A DNA stretch of 64,000 bases from Takakia lepidozioides (GCA_030704615.1 CM060733.1:39060001-39124000), one strand, 5' to 3'. Numbered from the stretch's first letter, positions 1 through 13,509 are shown. Notes: generated from the sequence alone by a model not told the origin. Made by a program: numbers and translations.

Positions 1-212
1 AGCTCCGATATATGCAGATGTCTAAGTAAATTACAGCTGCACACAGTTATACACAGTCATGGATGAAGCTTCTAGGCCAAGGGTTAAGATCGTATCAAGG
101 GGTGCTAGGACTTTCTGTCCCAGCAATGGCTAGGTCATCAAGGCGGCATGCACGAGACTGTTCTCATGACAGGATGACTAAAAGGAGGAGGTAGAGGAAG
201 GAAAGAATGAAC

Positions 213-1732
213 CTTTGTCAGGTGAGGGCATGGGGAAGTGGATCCCCATGCGCCAAAATGCGTAGAGAAATGCCATCAGAAACAATATGGCACTCAACAA
301 GGCCCTCTTCTGGCGAACACCTGTCCAGACAATCAGAGGAAGTCTGTCAATGGTCCAATCTTTAAGGAATAAATATTTGACAAATCTAAAGAATTGCAGA
401 AAAAATTAAGCATATTCGAGGTTTAGGTAAATTACATTTCTGTTCCTAACGGTTCTGTGCAACAAGGAGGCAGAGATTCACAATATAGACAGCCTTTAAT
501 TTTGTGCGGTCTTGGATGGTTGCATCCATAAGGTTGGGGCTTGAGGACACGTTTGGATACAAACATTAGAATCTATCACCCTCTTTGGGTTCCATGGTGC
601 TCTTGTGAGAGGAGGAAACCCTGTGTAGTAAACGCCTGCACTATGTTGAGGTACAATCAACCACTGTTATCTCTGCTGCAGCCAGTTTGATGTCATTGAG
701 AGGGGAGCCCAACCCCAGGAGGAAGGTGTCTGTACAGTAGACCAGATAATAATGAGGGAGTGAGGGAGGCATGAGGGGAGGCCAGGGACTGACCGTTGTT
801 CCGCAGTATAAGGTAGCAATGGTAATAGGGCAGCACAAAAACGAGAAGGGTGATCAGACAGAACAAGTCTAATTTCCAATTTATCCACCGCGCTCTGCCA
901 AGACCACCACACCCACATATTTCACAGATTCAGACTATCTTGACAGATCGCTGTACATTGCTGCACTGACTCCTGCGAAGGTGTGCACGCAGGGACCTCT
1001 GGAATCTGGTAAGAGGCCATGGTCATGAAAAGCTCAAACCTGTGCTCAAACGTAATAGACGTGCATTTCATCACCATGTAAAATCAAAGAATAATGGCCC
1101 TGCATAAGAATGTAGTGATAAGACTCATTCGATCATACAAGACTCCGGTGATGTCAATGGCTCCAAATTTTGAAAGAAGACATCAAATTTAGATTACAGA
1201 AGTGATTGGCCTTTACAGACAAGCCCTCGAGGGTACCTTTAGTTTGCATGCAATGGCTTGAGAATTACATAACTTCCATCAAGTACTTTACCCATATGAA
1301 CCTTCTCTATGAGAACCTTTCTTTGCTAGGAACTGTGCTTTGATTTTTACAATTTTCCTGATGTCCTTTTGGAACCTCCATAAGAAATTTTGCTTCGTCA
1401 ATTCGCTGAAAGCCTTGTGACAAACTGTTTAACCCAAGTCCAAGGTCCTCACCCCTGCTTTTAACCTCACAAAGGCACACAAAAATGTTCAAGCAAAGGT
1501 TTCAAGAATGAACTTACTGCTTTGAAAGGACAGGGATGATCTCGAGCAGCACAAGCTGCAATAGATTGCAGGAAAACGCAAACACAACACTAAACAAAAC
1601 CTGCACCAAAACGCGCTTCTCCTCATAGTCTTTGTACAATTTCCTGTTCAGGAACCATAACCCTATCCATCCAAGCGCGCCAAGGGAACTCCCCACCACA
1701 AGCCCTTCATAGATAACCATGCCCGCCCCCAT
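213..1732 (-). CDS. GTG1: GPCR-type G protein GTG/COLD1 (GPR89 family), first three exons; gene continues beyond window start
   Basis: Exons 1732-1518, 894-794 and 320-213 have GT-AG borders and splice in frame: [40 protein letters not shown]...LSKQ|[34 protein letters not shown]|VRQKRA...[16 protein letters not shown]. This matches the N-terminus of plant GTG1/GTG2/COLD1. Confidence 0.95.
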
Positions 1733-3943
1733 CTCTGTGAGCCCGCCGTCCCTATTACTCGGGTCGAATCATAAGAACACGTTCCCCCGTTCTCGTACTT
1801 CTTCTTTTCTGTACTGTGGCTGCCGATATCCAGGTCAGATTGTCGGAGCTAATCCCTTGCTTGATTGTACTTGTACACTCTGTCTGTAATCAATGACGAA
1901 GCGAAACTCCGAGACACAATCAAACCATTGCTAGTGTTGACTTGTTCAGCCGTCTATCTCTCTCTCATTCACCAAAGAGAAGACTTCGTGATCCTGACTC
2001 CCGATGTCTATGCTCATGCCGCTGTGCTTATCACTCTCTCCCCTCCTCTAAATGCCGCGGCTGCCATAGACCTTGAATCTCAATAAACTTCGTCGTCTCC
2101 TCTTTCCGCTCGATTGCCAAATCCTCCACTTCAAATCAAATCAGTCTGCTTTCCCTTCTCCCTTCCTGGTCCGCGCGCCTAAACCCCTTTCATCAATTTG
2201 AACCACTGAAGATCACACTCTTAATGTGCATACCCTCTCCTCATCTCCCACACTCTATCCGGATACGAATCCTGTCCTCTATTTTGCTCTGTCCGCAATC
2301 TCTCAGCACCTAACCACTTCACACTGATTGCTCATCTCTTCGCCGAGTAAAGCATTCCGCCTCCACCAAATTTTTCCTGGCATCTCGAGGATGGCCGCCC
2401 GCAGCTGCTCGGCCATCAAATTTGTTACAGAAAAAATTAGCAGTGTGCTGTAGCATGATTGTACCCTCGCCAGGCACGAGCTCGCTGGCCCCCTCCAATC
2501 GCGCCTCCAATCACCCACCCGGTCCACAAACCCGTGATGTAATCCCCTGTTTTTTCGATCGTCAGATGCAGAATTTTTAACGAGAATCTTTTACCGTCCA
2601 TTTATTAAAGATCAACGGAGAAAAATCTGCCAGTAACCTGTCTGAAGTCCAATCGGGAATGAGCTGCCCAATAATGCGGCCAACTTATTCCGGGACTACT
2701 GCAGTCACTTCAATCACTTCACCGACCATACGTCGGTCACGCCACTCTTTTACACGTCTCAATACGGTGACTCTACCCTTACTATCGCGACTGGTAGCAG
2801 CTGGCAAAGCTGCTCATGTGCCACCGTATTGAGATGGGCGCCAAAAGCAGCCGGAGTTTGAGGGGGTGACATCGTGGACCCGGAATAACGGCAGCATAGT
2901 GCCACGTCCTTTCTACCGGGCCCCACTACACATCCCCAACGGCATAAAATAAATGGACCGTCTAACGAACTCCATAACTGGCAAAAAAACGAATTTCAAC
3001 AAATTTGAACCATCACCGTCCATGTGACAAGAAGGAATTGTTTGGATTTTTATACCAGGGTACTGTTTACAAAGAGGAGCATGGTACAGAGGCGGCTCCC
3101 AGGATTTGAGCCCAGATCTGCTGCGCAACACTCAGCACTAAATGTACTATCCAGCTGGACAGAAAATTAAATGGGTCGGGGTTTGGGTAAGTAAATCATT
3201 GCCCGCCTACGTCACCCAGCTGTTATGGGTTGGTATAACCAATCTGTCCAGATTGACTAGCCAGCTGTCCCATCAGTCGATGACGCATGCCCACTTCACA
3301 CCACACCACCTCCCACGCTTACAGTACTTGCTATCGCCACGCTGGCCAAGCTCAGTCCACGTGGTCAGTTCCGTCTCCTCATTGAGGTGCCTAATTTTCT
3401 GCACTAGCTTGAAACGTGCCTCCGATTGGTCCGTCCGGAGTAAAAAACGGAAGTGCGCCTACGTGGTGAGAAATGAGATCCCGAAAGTGACTGCAATTAT
3501 GGGGGGAATGATGGGGGCAATCGAGGGTCACATCGCGGGAATGTTGGAGAAGGTGGGAGATTGGGGTGCCGAATGGGCGCAGCGAGGAGCCAAGGCAGAA
3601 GACAAGTGTGACGGGCAGCGCTCCTCGATGGTTTGGAGTGTGAAGTGGCGCTTACAATCCCGCGAGACAGGTACGCCATAGCCAGTGCTGCTGCAGGGAG
3701 CGGTCATTGTCTGCACTGTCTTCTCTCTCTCTTTATCTATCTCGATCTTTGTGGTATACTTTTCCTCTCGTCGGCCCTTGGCAATCTACACGATTGCTCT
3801 TTTATTTTTTTCTCTGCGGACTGTGGTAGGGGAAGCTATGGTCATTCCATGTTGAACCCCTAAATTTGCTTTGCTTTCCTTCTCTCACAAACTCGTGTAA
3901 GAACTCGTGTAAGAACTGCACGGGACAGGGGACAGGGACCACA

Positions 3944-6031
3944 ATGTACAAGAGCCAACTTCAAGAATTTTCCCAGAAGGCAGGCCTGTCTTCGCCAATT
4001 TACGAATTTGTCAAGGAGGGACCATCGCATGAACCCCGGTTTAAATCTCGTGTAACTGTGAACGGCATCACCTACGAATCGGCCCCTGGTTTCCCTAACC
4101 TCAAGTCTGCTGAGCATGCAGCTGCCAAGGTCGCTCTTGATATCCTTCTCCAAACTGTTCCCGCTGGAATTACACCTAGCCCTGTGGTGAGATCTCTTTC
4201 CCTCTCTTTTTTCTCTCTTGGGACAGCCATATGTTCATAAAGTAGAAGCTCACAGCAGCAGTCTTGTAGTCAACATCATGCTTGTGTATTGTAATTCTAG
4301 TGCCTGCGCGTGCACATTTCCTGGATCATGTTTGTCGTCAGGTCTGCCCTGGTGCTATGCAATTCAGGGTTCCCTGTAGGGTGGGTCTGATGACCTGATA
4401 TATGAGGGGTAGTATTCCAGTGACTATATGTGTGTGTGGCAGGGAGTGGAGTGTCTCTCTCTAACTATCAAACATTTATTTCCTTCCTCCCTTTCACACC
4501 AATTCCCATCACTTATATTGTTAGTCAGCTCTGGAGTGCAGCATGAATCAGGGCTATGCAAAAATTTGTTGCAAGAATATGCGCAGAAGAATGGGTATTC
4601 ATTGCCAGTATACCGCACACTGCGCCAAGGCGAGGATCACTCACCCACTTTTTCCTCCACGGTAGAAATTGCCGGGGTGCACTACGGTGGTGGAGCGGCC
4701 AAGAATAAGAAGGAGGCAGAAATAAAAGCTGCACGGACGGCTCTTCTGGCCATTCGTAAGTGTTCAAGAACTACTTCCAGTCAGGTATCAGTTACTTAGA
4801 TGTGAAAGAATGTCAGTTCAACCGAAAAAATAACTATGCACTTGTACAAGCTGAAAATTCCAATGTTTCTAGGTAGCCAAAAAATCATGATATGAGGTTG
4901 CAAGTTGGAATATAATAAAATGATCTAGCCTTGTGTGTGTGCAACAGCGGGGGGTGCAGGCTTAACTTCCATCCATTCAAGAGAACGGCGTCCAGAGGTT
5001 CCTCATGCACAGGTGGGTGGGCAGAGGTTCTTCTGAATGCTGTTCTAGGTTGGTATCTCAGTAAGACCATTAGCTGGGGGTGGCCTGTGTTAAGCAGCCT
5101 GTCCTCTTTAACTTAGAAAATTGGTAAATACTTGCAGGTTGCAACTTTTGTCAAGTCCCACAAGAAGGGAAAGAAGCGAGGCCGGCCAGCCCAGCAAGTG
5201 TTGGAGGAGCCAATTGCTGCCCGACTCAAGGTGGCCGAAGAGGGTGCACTGCAAGTCTCCCAGTTTGGACTTGTGGGCAACAATCTCCAACTGTATCCAG
5301 TATCTAATGCACAGTGGTCACAAAGCAAAGTGTATGCCAGACATAGTTTGCCCATCGAGACTGATGCACTAATGTCGGAAATGGAAGTGATGACTGCCGT
5401 ACATATGTTACCCAACCAGACTCGAGCACAGGAGGCACAAACCGGAGTGACAAATGTCGGGCAGAGTTTGTCTGTTAACACAATACTGAACGCAGCTGAC
5501 GACTTGCCAAAATATGGCACAAAGGAGAATGGGCTTCTCAGAGGTCAAGTAGATGCCCAAGAGACATCAGTGATAATTCCTGGAATCACACCACAAGAAA
5601 TACCAGGCATTACTGCCCCGAGTCGTGCAAACATTCCTGTGACAACCACACAGCTTTCAGTGGATACACAAAGTTTGATTCCGGAAATCACAATTGAGCT
5701 GCAGAAAGGAGTTGAAGCAAACATTCCTGTGACAACAACACAGCTTCCAGTGGACACACAAAATGCGATGCCGGAAATCACAATCGAGCTGCAGAAAGGA
5801 GTTGAAGCAAACATTCCTGTGACAACAACACAGCTTCCAGTGGACACACAAAATGTGATGCCGGATATCACAATCGAGCTGCAGAAAGGAGTTGAAGCAA
5901 ACATTCCTGTTACAACAACACAGCTTCCCGTGGACACACAAAATGTGATGCCAGAAATCAAAATTGAGCTGCAGAAAGGAGTTGAAGAAGCAATTTCTGT
6001 ATCACAACCAGTGGCCTCAGGGGCTGCTTGA
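3944..6031 (+). CDS. HYL1: Double-stranded RNA-binding protein, HYL1/DRB1 type (2 dsRBDs, basic NLS-like patch, repetitive C-terminus)
   Basis: Exons 3944-4186, 4542-4755, 4948-4997 (50-nt exon needed to restore frame) and 5138-6031. dsRBD1 is MYKSQLQE..EGPSHEPRFKS..GFPNLKSAEHAAA; dsRBD2 is PVHESGLCKNLLQEYAQK..KKEAEIKAARTALLAI, characteristic of the DRB1/HYL1 clade; KKGKKRGR follows. A short upstream exon ending at donor 3670/3671 could add an in-frame N-terminus via the acceptor at 3935. Confidence 0.88.
5627..5986 (+). repeat. Coding tandem repeat, 4 x 90 bp (ANIPVTTTQLPVDTQNVMPEITIELQKGVE)
   Basis: Units start at 5627, 5717, 5807 and 5897 and are nearly identical at DNA level. Confidence 0.97.
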
Positions 6032-6254
6032 TAAGGGCTAAAAGCAAGTTGCCATGGTATGTATCTGTCAGTGAAAGTAGAATTTTGTGTGAATGCTGGG
6101 AGACATCTGCTCAATTTCACAACATTCTCTCCCCGTCTCTCGATGGTACTTGTTTGTCTGCTCCATTGTTGTCCTCCCATTATCACCTTTCTTCGCCTTC
6201 GTGCTGTGGTGTGAGAAGGTTACAACTGTATGCCTGATGTGCTCTCTCTCTCTC

Positions 6255-6432
6255 CCGCCCAAACTGGGCTTGGGGTCTCTGGCCACAAGGTTACGGCAAA
6301 CAATGTGTTATGAGTACATTTCCCCCTCTCTCTCCCTGTCACAATACTGGAGTGAGCCCTCCAGAAAGGTAGTGTCTGTTCCTCTTGTTCTGCCCAAACT
6401 GTGCGCACGGTCTATGGCCACAAGTCTTATGA
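6255..6432 (+). mobile_element. Two degenerate short 3'-end copies of the RTEX-like LINE (family A)
   Basis: ccaaactgggcttggggtctctggccacaaggttacggcaaacaatgtgttatgagtacat (6255-6319) and a second diverged copy (~6350-6432), both beside (TC)n tracts in the DRB 3' region. Confidence 0.75.
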
Positions 6433-7457
6433 TTCAGCACACCATCAACCATGCGGAGCCAGGGTGGCAACAGGCCCTAATTATCACCCTGTCGCATGTT
6501 TATGAGGGTGGAAATGGCAGGCATGGATGGAAAGACAATCTAACCATCTTAGGCCCTGGCCGCACCAACTGTTAGCTTGCAGCCCTGCTAAAATAGGCCT
6601 GCTAGGGCATGTTAGGTATTTAGCTAACGAGCATTAAAGATGCTATGTTTTGCCCAAAGTGCCCGTGCAGATCTCATGTGCCCAAAATGCCCGTTCTCCT
6701 CTCTCCTGTGAGCTTGAAGTACTGTCCACGCAGCTCTCCTGTCCTGTGGCGAATGCATTCAAGAACCAGGTTCTAGTTTCTAGTTGCAATTTAGGGGCCA
6801 TGGTAACCTCCTGAGAAGTCAAGTTGGCATCAATCGCACAGTTCATAGCCAGCTCAGTGCTTCTGTCTTTACAACCCTCATGGTGTGCACTCCCTGCTCA
6901 CCACTGCTGGTAGGCAACTCATCAAATGAATAAATAAAACTATCATGTGTTGACTGCAAGTCACACTCTCTCCTAGGTGCAGATATGACCTCGCTCTTCT
7001 ATCCACCCACAAATTGAGCACTTTCTTGATTATCAATAATACACATTCACGTGCAAGTTGTATGCAAGAGTCTCATTGCGCTCTTGCTTGAGCTGCAGTA
7101 CCTAGTATGTTTACCAGATTCATCACGGCCCACTTCCAGGCTTCCTATGGCCACAATTGGTGTGGGAAATCTCACAATTGGACAGCTCAGCTGGTAATTT
7201 AGAACAACAGTTTATTTGTTCTAGCTACATGCGGTATAGAATAGATCAGTCGAGTCCCACACCATGATAGCCAGAAGCCAGACCTTGAAATTTGGAAATT
7301 AAGGCTGTCCCGGTTTGCACTTGTGTTTCCACCTGAACATTTTCTTTGAGCTTGAATTATGTCCAGGTTTCCAGATTTCACAGGACTAAAAGAGGGAGGA
7401 ATTTCCACTTCCATCCATTCATACCTCAACTGCATATTCCTTCAAATGCTCTGAATT

Positions 7458-7684
7458 GAAAAAAAAAAAAGGAAACCTGGGAGCGACAGCCCACAATTCA
7501 GGCCCTTGAGGAGGGGGAAAAATTAAACCCCTTTCATTTATGGGCCATGAGGCCTACAGGACGATCAACGCCCAGACATACCGTCACGAACAATCCCACA
7601 CACGGGGCAGGGCAGCGGGTTTGAACCCCGAACCACCAGGGCAACACACCGTGCACTTACCAGCTGAGCTACCAGCCGATGTGC
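7458..7684 (-). mobile_element. tRNA-derived SINE, full length, T-rich tail
   Basis: Minus strand has A-box TAGCTCAGCTGG and B-box GGTTCAAACCC and ends GGTTTCC(T)n. The 9-bp TSD ctctgaatt lies at 7449-7457 and 7685-7693. A second copy lies at 60217-61558. Confidence 0.9.
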
Positions 7685-10165
7685 CTCTGAATTACAATTT
7701 GAAAATAGTCCAGATGCAGAGACTAGGCTTCTCCCTGTTGCCTTGCTCATCACAGTCATGTTCCCTACCTTCATCCGCTGAACAGAAGCCACACTAATAT
7801 AGGTGCTTCACCAGATGAAGCTCCTCCCCGCGGGCAGCTGCCCGAAACTTAGCGTGGGACTGCTAAAACTAAAGGGGACGACCAGCCAGATCTAGCTAGG
7901 GTTAAATTTAATAGTATCGCTAGCAGTCCCGTGCGGCCATAATTTAAAGATAACTAATTCTAGTTGTAACATAACAGGCCCTTTAACAGTTGGTGCGGTC
8001 CGGGCCCAACCATGGTTAAGTCACGTCATTCCCCACCCATGATTAACCATTATAACCTCCGTTTATAACTATGATGACCGCCTCTAATTACAATTACATT
8101 TAGTTAATTCGATTATATCACATTTACGTGAGTTACAGCCTGGGTAAACGCCTGCCACGGGGTTTACCACGCTTCCCATGGGGTGGAGCGCATGGCATGG
8201 GCATGGGTAAGGGGATGAACATAAAGGCGGGGAGGAACACGTCGGGGGGCGTGTACAAACGAAACGTGGGTATCGAGGGGGGCCATCGTGGCATGTCTGA
8301 CCGTTAGCCCGCTGCCCACATTCATTCATCCCCGCCCTGCATTCATCCCGCCCCTTGTGCATTTTTAGCCTGCCCCTTCAATTTTACCCCTCCAATAAGT
8401 AGCGCATTTTAACTCGCGGCCCGTTATTAGCCTTTGGTATTACTATGGTGACCGTATTATATAAAAATAAAATAAACTTGCAACTTTTTATTCCTGGACG
8501 CTTTTCATCCAAGATTCCACACGCACGGGTTATTTTCCGACTACCCAATCCAGGGCGGGAATAGGCCCGTGATGTACCAACGACATCCTTCACCGTTCAT
8601 ACTGTTGAATCCGACGGTAAAAATGCTCATAACCCACGAACAGGATCGACGGGTATGAGAGAACAGCTGTCAGTACGTCCACCAGCTGGCATGCGCCCAT
8701 TAGCGATTTCATCGAGAAGTCGTACTGCGACCGGCAATGAGCGGTGGGTGTCATACGGCGACCGGGACATGATGGTGAGTAAATGTGGCGTAGGCCTCAC
8801 GTATTTGTTCACTAGCAAGTCACTAACCTTGACTTTAGTTAGTAAAAGTCGTGATTAGTAAGTCTTTTAGTTGGTTTTTTGGGTGTTTAGTGACTCGGAT
8901 GTCAGCAGCGAGTGATCATGATTTGCAGAAGGTGATGATGGGTTTTAGTGAGCTGACTCGCCAGTTAATTCAGTTAGTCAGTTCATTCATTTATGAACCC
9001 ACTAATTGACTTACTAATTATCTTACTAATACGCACTCGCATGTCGATCACTGATTAGGTCTCACGCATAGCAACGCCAGGTATTATTGGTGATGATGAT
9101 GATAATTATGCACAAAAGTGCTTTATTCAGAACTTACTAATCATTATCTACTACGCACCTATTTTTCATTGTATTGTTTTATTTTTACTTTCTAATGGTT
9201 CATTGAATGTTATCGCCCACCAAATAAAACGACTTAATCTGCCTAAAATAGGATTAGTAAGTAAATAAAACCAAATTCGATAAAAAAAAATGAAAAGGTC
9301 AATGGTGAGTTGTCGTTATTAGTGTCCACGGAAAGACCAAAGTGAGGGGTCGAGTAAGGAAGGTAAGGATTAGTAATCGGACTAACGCAGAAGGTAACTC
9401 GAGTAGTAAAGTACCGCAAGCGGAAATTAGCTGTACGCTCTACACTAGGTAGTAAGTTACTAGTAAGCAGGATTAGTGAATTAGTGACATAGCAGTGTAG
9501 TAAATACGGGCGGGACGTTCATAAAGAAAATTGGAAAATCAAATATTGACGCAGAATTATTGCGTCACGGGACATAAGCTTATCCTATAACGGAGTAATG
9601 ACGCCCGGGAAATTACCGCGGGTAGAAGTTACGGGGGGGGTGAGTTGGCGTTTTACCGTCGCCTTCTTCGTCTCGCGTTCTGTTTCAAACCTTTCTTCCC
9701 GTGTTTTTTCAGAGTCTTTTTCTTTGAGGCTTTGGTGTCGGGGTGTGTGTGGGAGTGTGTGCGCGTAGCAGAGGTGTGGTGTGCCGGGGGGTTCTTTTTC
9801 TGTGTGTTGAGGCGGGATGAGAGATGTCTGGTGTGGGGAGCGCGAGGAGTTTGCATATTTTTGGGAGGCAGTGAAGTTTCTGTGCTCTGTTTTTGTCAAC
9901 TTGGAGTTTCGGAATGGTTTCTTGATGCTCTGGTGGTAATTCGGGATAGTCTGTCTGCTACCACTGGGGGTCTCGCTCCTTTGGGCCTTTTGTGCTTCAT
10001 CTGTTCCCTGCCTTTTCTTCCCTCCCGTCTCCGGCTCTTGTCTGCTTTCTATGCCAAAAGAGCGCGCGTATGACCAATTATATTTTTCCGTTGTTCATCG
10101 TATGAGGAAAAAACGTATTTGAGGAGACAACGTTCTCACAATCCTGTTTTTAATCCCCAATCTCC

Positions 10166-10618
10166 ATGGCTGTGGAGCCAGACCTACAAAGCGAGATCTA
10201 CACAGAGTTTGATGTGCGAGTGGTGGACAACGAGGAGCGCTACTTCTGTCTGCTAGCCCCCTGTATGGACAAGAACAAGTCTCTGTCCAATCGGCAGCAC
10301 TGGATCACGCACCGCAAATTCGTGCACAAAGAGAAAGATAATATCAATCTACCGAGTGGGCGCGTCATCCGCAAATGGCTCACAGAAAGACAAGGCTACC
10401 AGCCAATAGGGCGGGTGGCGATGGCAGCGGAACGACGCATGATTACTGCTCCGTCTATAGTAGAAGGCAATACCAAGGCGTGTACTCTGATGCACCAAAT
10501 TTCCCAGCTGATGACGCAGCTCGGAATGGCATGGCAGGAGCTAGCTCGAAACATTGAAGAGACTTCTCACAGTAAGTCCAAATCTCCTGGCGATTTCTCC
10601 ACGACTGAATTTTTCTAA
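10166..10618 (+). CDS. Unknown ORF with C2H2-like zinc finger; probably TE-associated or a decayed first exon
   Basis: ATG-initiated 150-aa ORF with YFC-x4-C...HWITHRKFVH. A GTAAG donor sits near 10572, and the downstream coding-like pieces (11126-11830) are broken by stops. Confidence 0.4.
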   Translation: MAVEPDLQSEIYTEFDVRVVDNEERYFCLLAPCMDKNKSLSNRQHWITHRKFVHKEKDNINLPSGRVIRKWLTERQGYQPIGRVAMAAERRMITAPSIVEGNTKACTLMHQISQLMTQLGMAWQELARNIEETSHSKSKSPGDFSTTEFF

Positions 10619-13239
10619 CCGAGTTTATGGGTCGCTCACTTTCTTGATGATTGTGCCACCGATGAAATCATGTCCGGGTGGAAGAGAGATAAGAGGGGGA
10701 TCAGACTAAAAAGAGGGTTAGAAATCGCTACACAATCAAGAACCAAACTCATGGCCAGTGTCTGAGGTGTTTCATTATGAGAGGGGAAAAAAAAATGTAT
10801 GGAGTGATCATATCCTTCCGAGATCAACGATCGATCGCCTAGAATATTTTGGGCGCTCTAGGTCAGTTCAACAAATGATATAGATGGATGAATTTTGTAC
10901 TTGGTCTTGGGATTCCAGACAAAATTGTGAACGGAGTAATGTTTCCTCTTGGTCTTTTACTTGAGCAAGGCTATGTTAGAAACATGGGTTTCTGAAAGCC
11001 TGATTTCTTTACAAGAGCAGCAGTGATACATAAACCTTCAGTTCTAGATCCATCAACTGCGCACCCACAGTATACCCTAAGCATATTAGCATTTCGCTGA
11101 TCTTAGTTGTCACATAAATCTCTTAGTGTTTGTTGAAATGAAAACCCAGCTTAGAAGATCATCTATGGGTCAAGTCTTCATGGGGATGAAGTTGGTAGGA
11201 ACAGAAGACAGACACTTGCAGAGACACGCCAATTCAAACATGGCTTGGAGGGCTGTTGTTGGCATTTTAAAGAGGAAGAGACAGATGGAAGGGGTGTGGA
11301 CCAGCATACAGGGAGATATAGACAAAGATTGTCAGTTCCAATGAAGCATGCTCTCCAATATGGTTACTTGTTAATATAAAATCAGACTTTGTGGGAAAAG
11401 GGTTGTGAGATTTGATCAGAAGATGTTGGTCAATGCAGCGATGCCTCACGTGATACCACATCTGGTGGCCGAGAAGATCAGAGAACTTTACCTGAGCATT
11501 GAGAGAGGGTCTGCGGTTGGGGCTGAGATTCCTGAAAGAAAGAAAGCTGAGGAGGCGAAGGGGCGAAAGCGCAGGCGAAAGAACAGGGAGGACGAAGATA
11601 CAGCAGAGTGGCAATCTTTGGGTAAGGCCCTGGCGGCCGGGATCCAACTCCCCAAGCAACCAAAAGCTCTAGACGACAGAGGAGGGCAGTCAATGTATCA
11701 CACAGGACCTCATGAGACCGACCACTCTATGGAAGAAGGCGTTGTGGTTAGTCTTTGTTATGCTGGACCCTGTCCTCCCCTCTCCCTTTACTCTGGTCTT
11801 TTTGTTTGTGTGGTCATTGCGAGCTTATGATCATTTTTCTTCAGCATGAAAGTACTTTACCATGGAGGAGACACTCCTCACTCCTCGCTAGTCTGCCAGA
11901 GTAGCATTTCATCAACATATGCAGCTAGCTGTTATGAGTGCTGTGCCCTGCACAATCTAGCCCTCTGACATGGAGATCTAACTGTCCAAAAAATGTGTCC
12001 CTAGCTGTGCTTTATCCGCTAGCATCCTGAGCAGGTTCTTCACTTTCTTCGCACTTCGATCCAATGACCTATGAGAAAGCAGCAAGGAGCAGTTAGTTAG
12101 CTCTGCTACAATAATGAATCTAGTGGGTATTAGTCTCCAGAGCTCTCCTCCTTTCGAATCTCCCAAATCACAGATGCCTCAGACCGCGTTTCTTGCTCTA
12201 AATGAGGGCATTGAACTTGGTGCAGGAAGATGGGCATGAGATCCACGCAATAAAGACACGGGTCGGTGACGGGGGTTGGGGCCTGTCAGGGCTGGGACAG
12301 GGATTACGACCAGCTGGAGCAGTGCTGACAGATGTGGACAGGGGAGACTCAGGAATGGGAGTGGGGGTCTCGTTAGATATAAACGATATGGCAGCCAGGA
12401 TGGAAGACATGGTGCCTGCCTTGGGAGTTGGAGTAGGATAGTTCTTTATGGCAGAACCGCACAGCCACCATGCGCACCACAACTCCCCTCTCAGGCATTG
12501 CCAAGGGACTCCCAGGGAATGAGGAGAGGAATTGGTAAGTTTTATGCCTGAAACTTCTGGAGGTACTCTGCTTTGCACATATTCCTCTCCAGGTTGCTTT
12601 GCTATGATTAGTGGTTCATTTTCCACATGTGTGCAACAATATTGAAATAAATGACTGGAAAGTATGCTTGTGGGTAGTTCAGGTCCAGTCATCAGAATCT
12701 GACCCAAGGAAATCTTGAGAACCACCCCATGACAAGAGGGTCAGATTGTGTCGTTCTGACCTGGTGTAGGCTGAACATTAGACAATTCTAACATGGAACT
12801 TACGCTGCTGAACTCCTTAATCTTGAGATATCTGTTGGGCTGGCAAGGAGTGGCAAATATTGAAATTCCACAGAGAATGACAGGCTTTACCGAATCTACA
12901 ACTTTTAGACAGATCCAAGTCATCTGCAAGATTTGAAGTAGAAGTAGTCAGGGAGGTAAGTATTGTTGGGAAACAGATTCCAGGTTTTTTCCTCCTCCTC
13001 TTAACTACTAGCTCCTGTGACTGCAACTCTACCTTTGCAGGCTGGGCCAGGATTTGAGGAGCAGAGCTGTGGGAATCGGCCAAGAGGGGTGAGAGGATCA
13101 CCATAGTGCATCTCTGGAGTAGAAATTCAGACAGCTCTGAACAGACTCTTGTTCAACGGCTGGTCCACTTCTTGGGTACCTAAATTGCCCTTTCCATTCT
13201 TTTCCTCCTGGAGGAATTAGTCTGCAGCCACAGAATTTC

Positions 13240-13269
13240 CACGGGAAAAACCGTGTGTGCATGTGCTAG
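13240..13269 (+). mobile_element. Helitron-type 3' terminus (hairpin + CTAG)
   Basis: CACGG-GAAAAA-CCGTG hairpin (13240-13255), 10-nt spacer, then CTAG followed by T. The 5' end was not fixed. Confidence 0.5.
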
Positions 13270-13509
13270 TAACAATGGTTGAAGTGGATATTCCCCTTCT
13301 CCATTTCATTTATACAGATTCTTTTGTCTGCGTGTCTATCATTATGGTCATCGATACTAGTAGCTGCTGCTTGTTGTCCATATACTTGCCAACAATGGTC
13401 GGATCTCAGTTGTGTGTTGACAATGGAGTGTACATCTCAACTGTGGTTATATCCATCTTCTGTCCTTTGAACATACACTCTCTCTCTATCCCTCTCTCTA
13501 TCTTTCTCT

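Noticed and set aside
7615-7680. tRNA gene
   Set aside because: A and B boxes are present but I found no convincing acceptor stem. It continues into a ~160-nt body with tail, TSD and a second copy, so it is a SINE.
6490-8080. Weak inverted similarity between 6542-6574 and 7987-8018
   Set aside because: Short and degenerate with no TSD; probably two old copies of a dispersed repeat.
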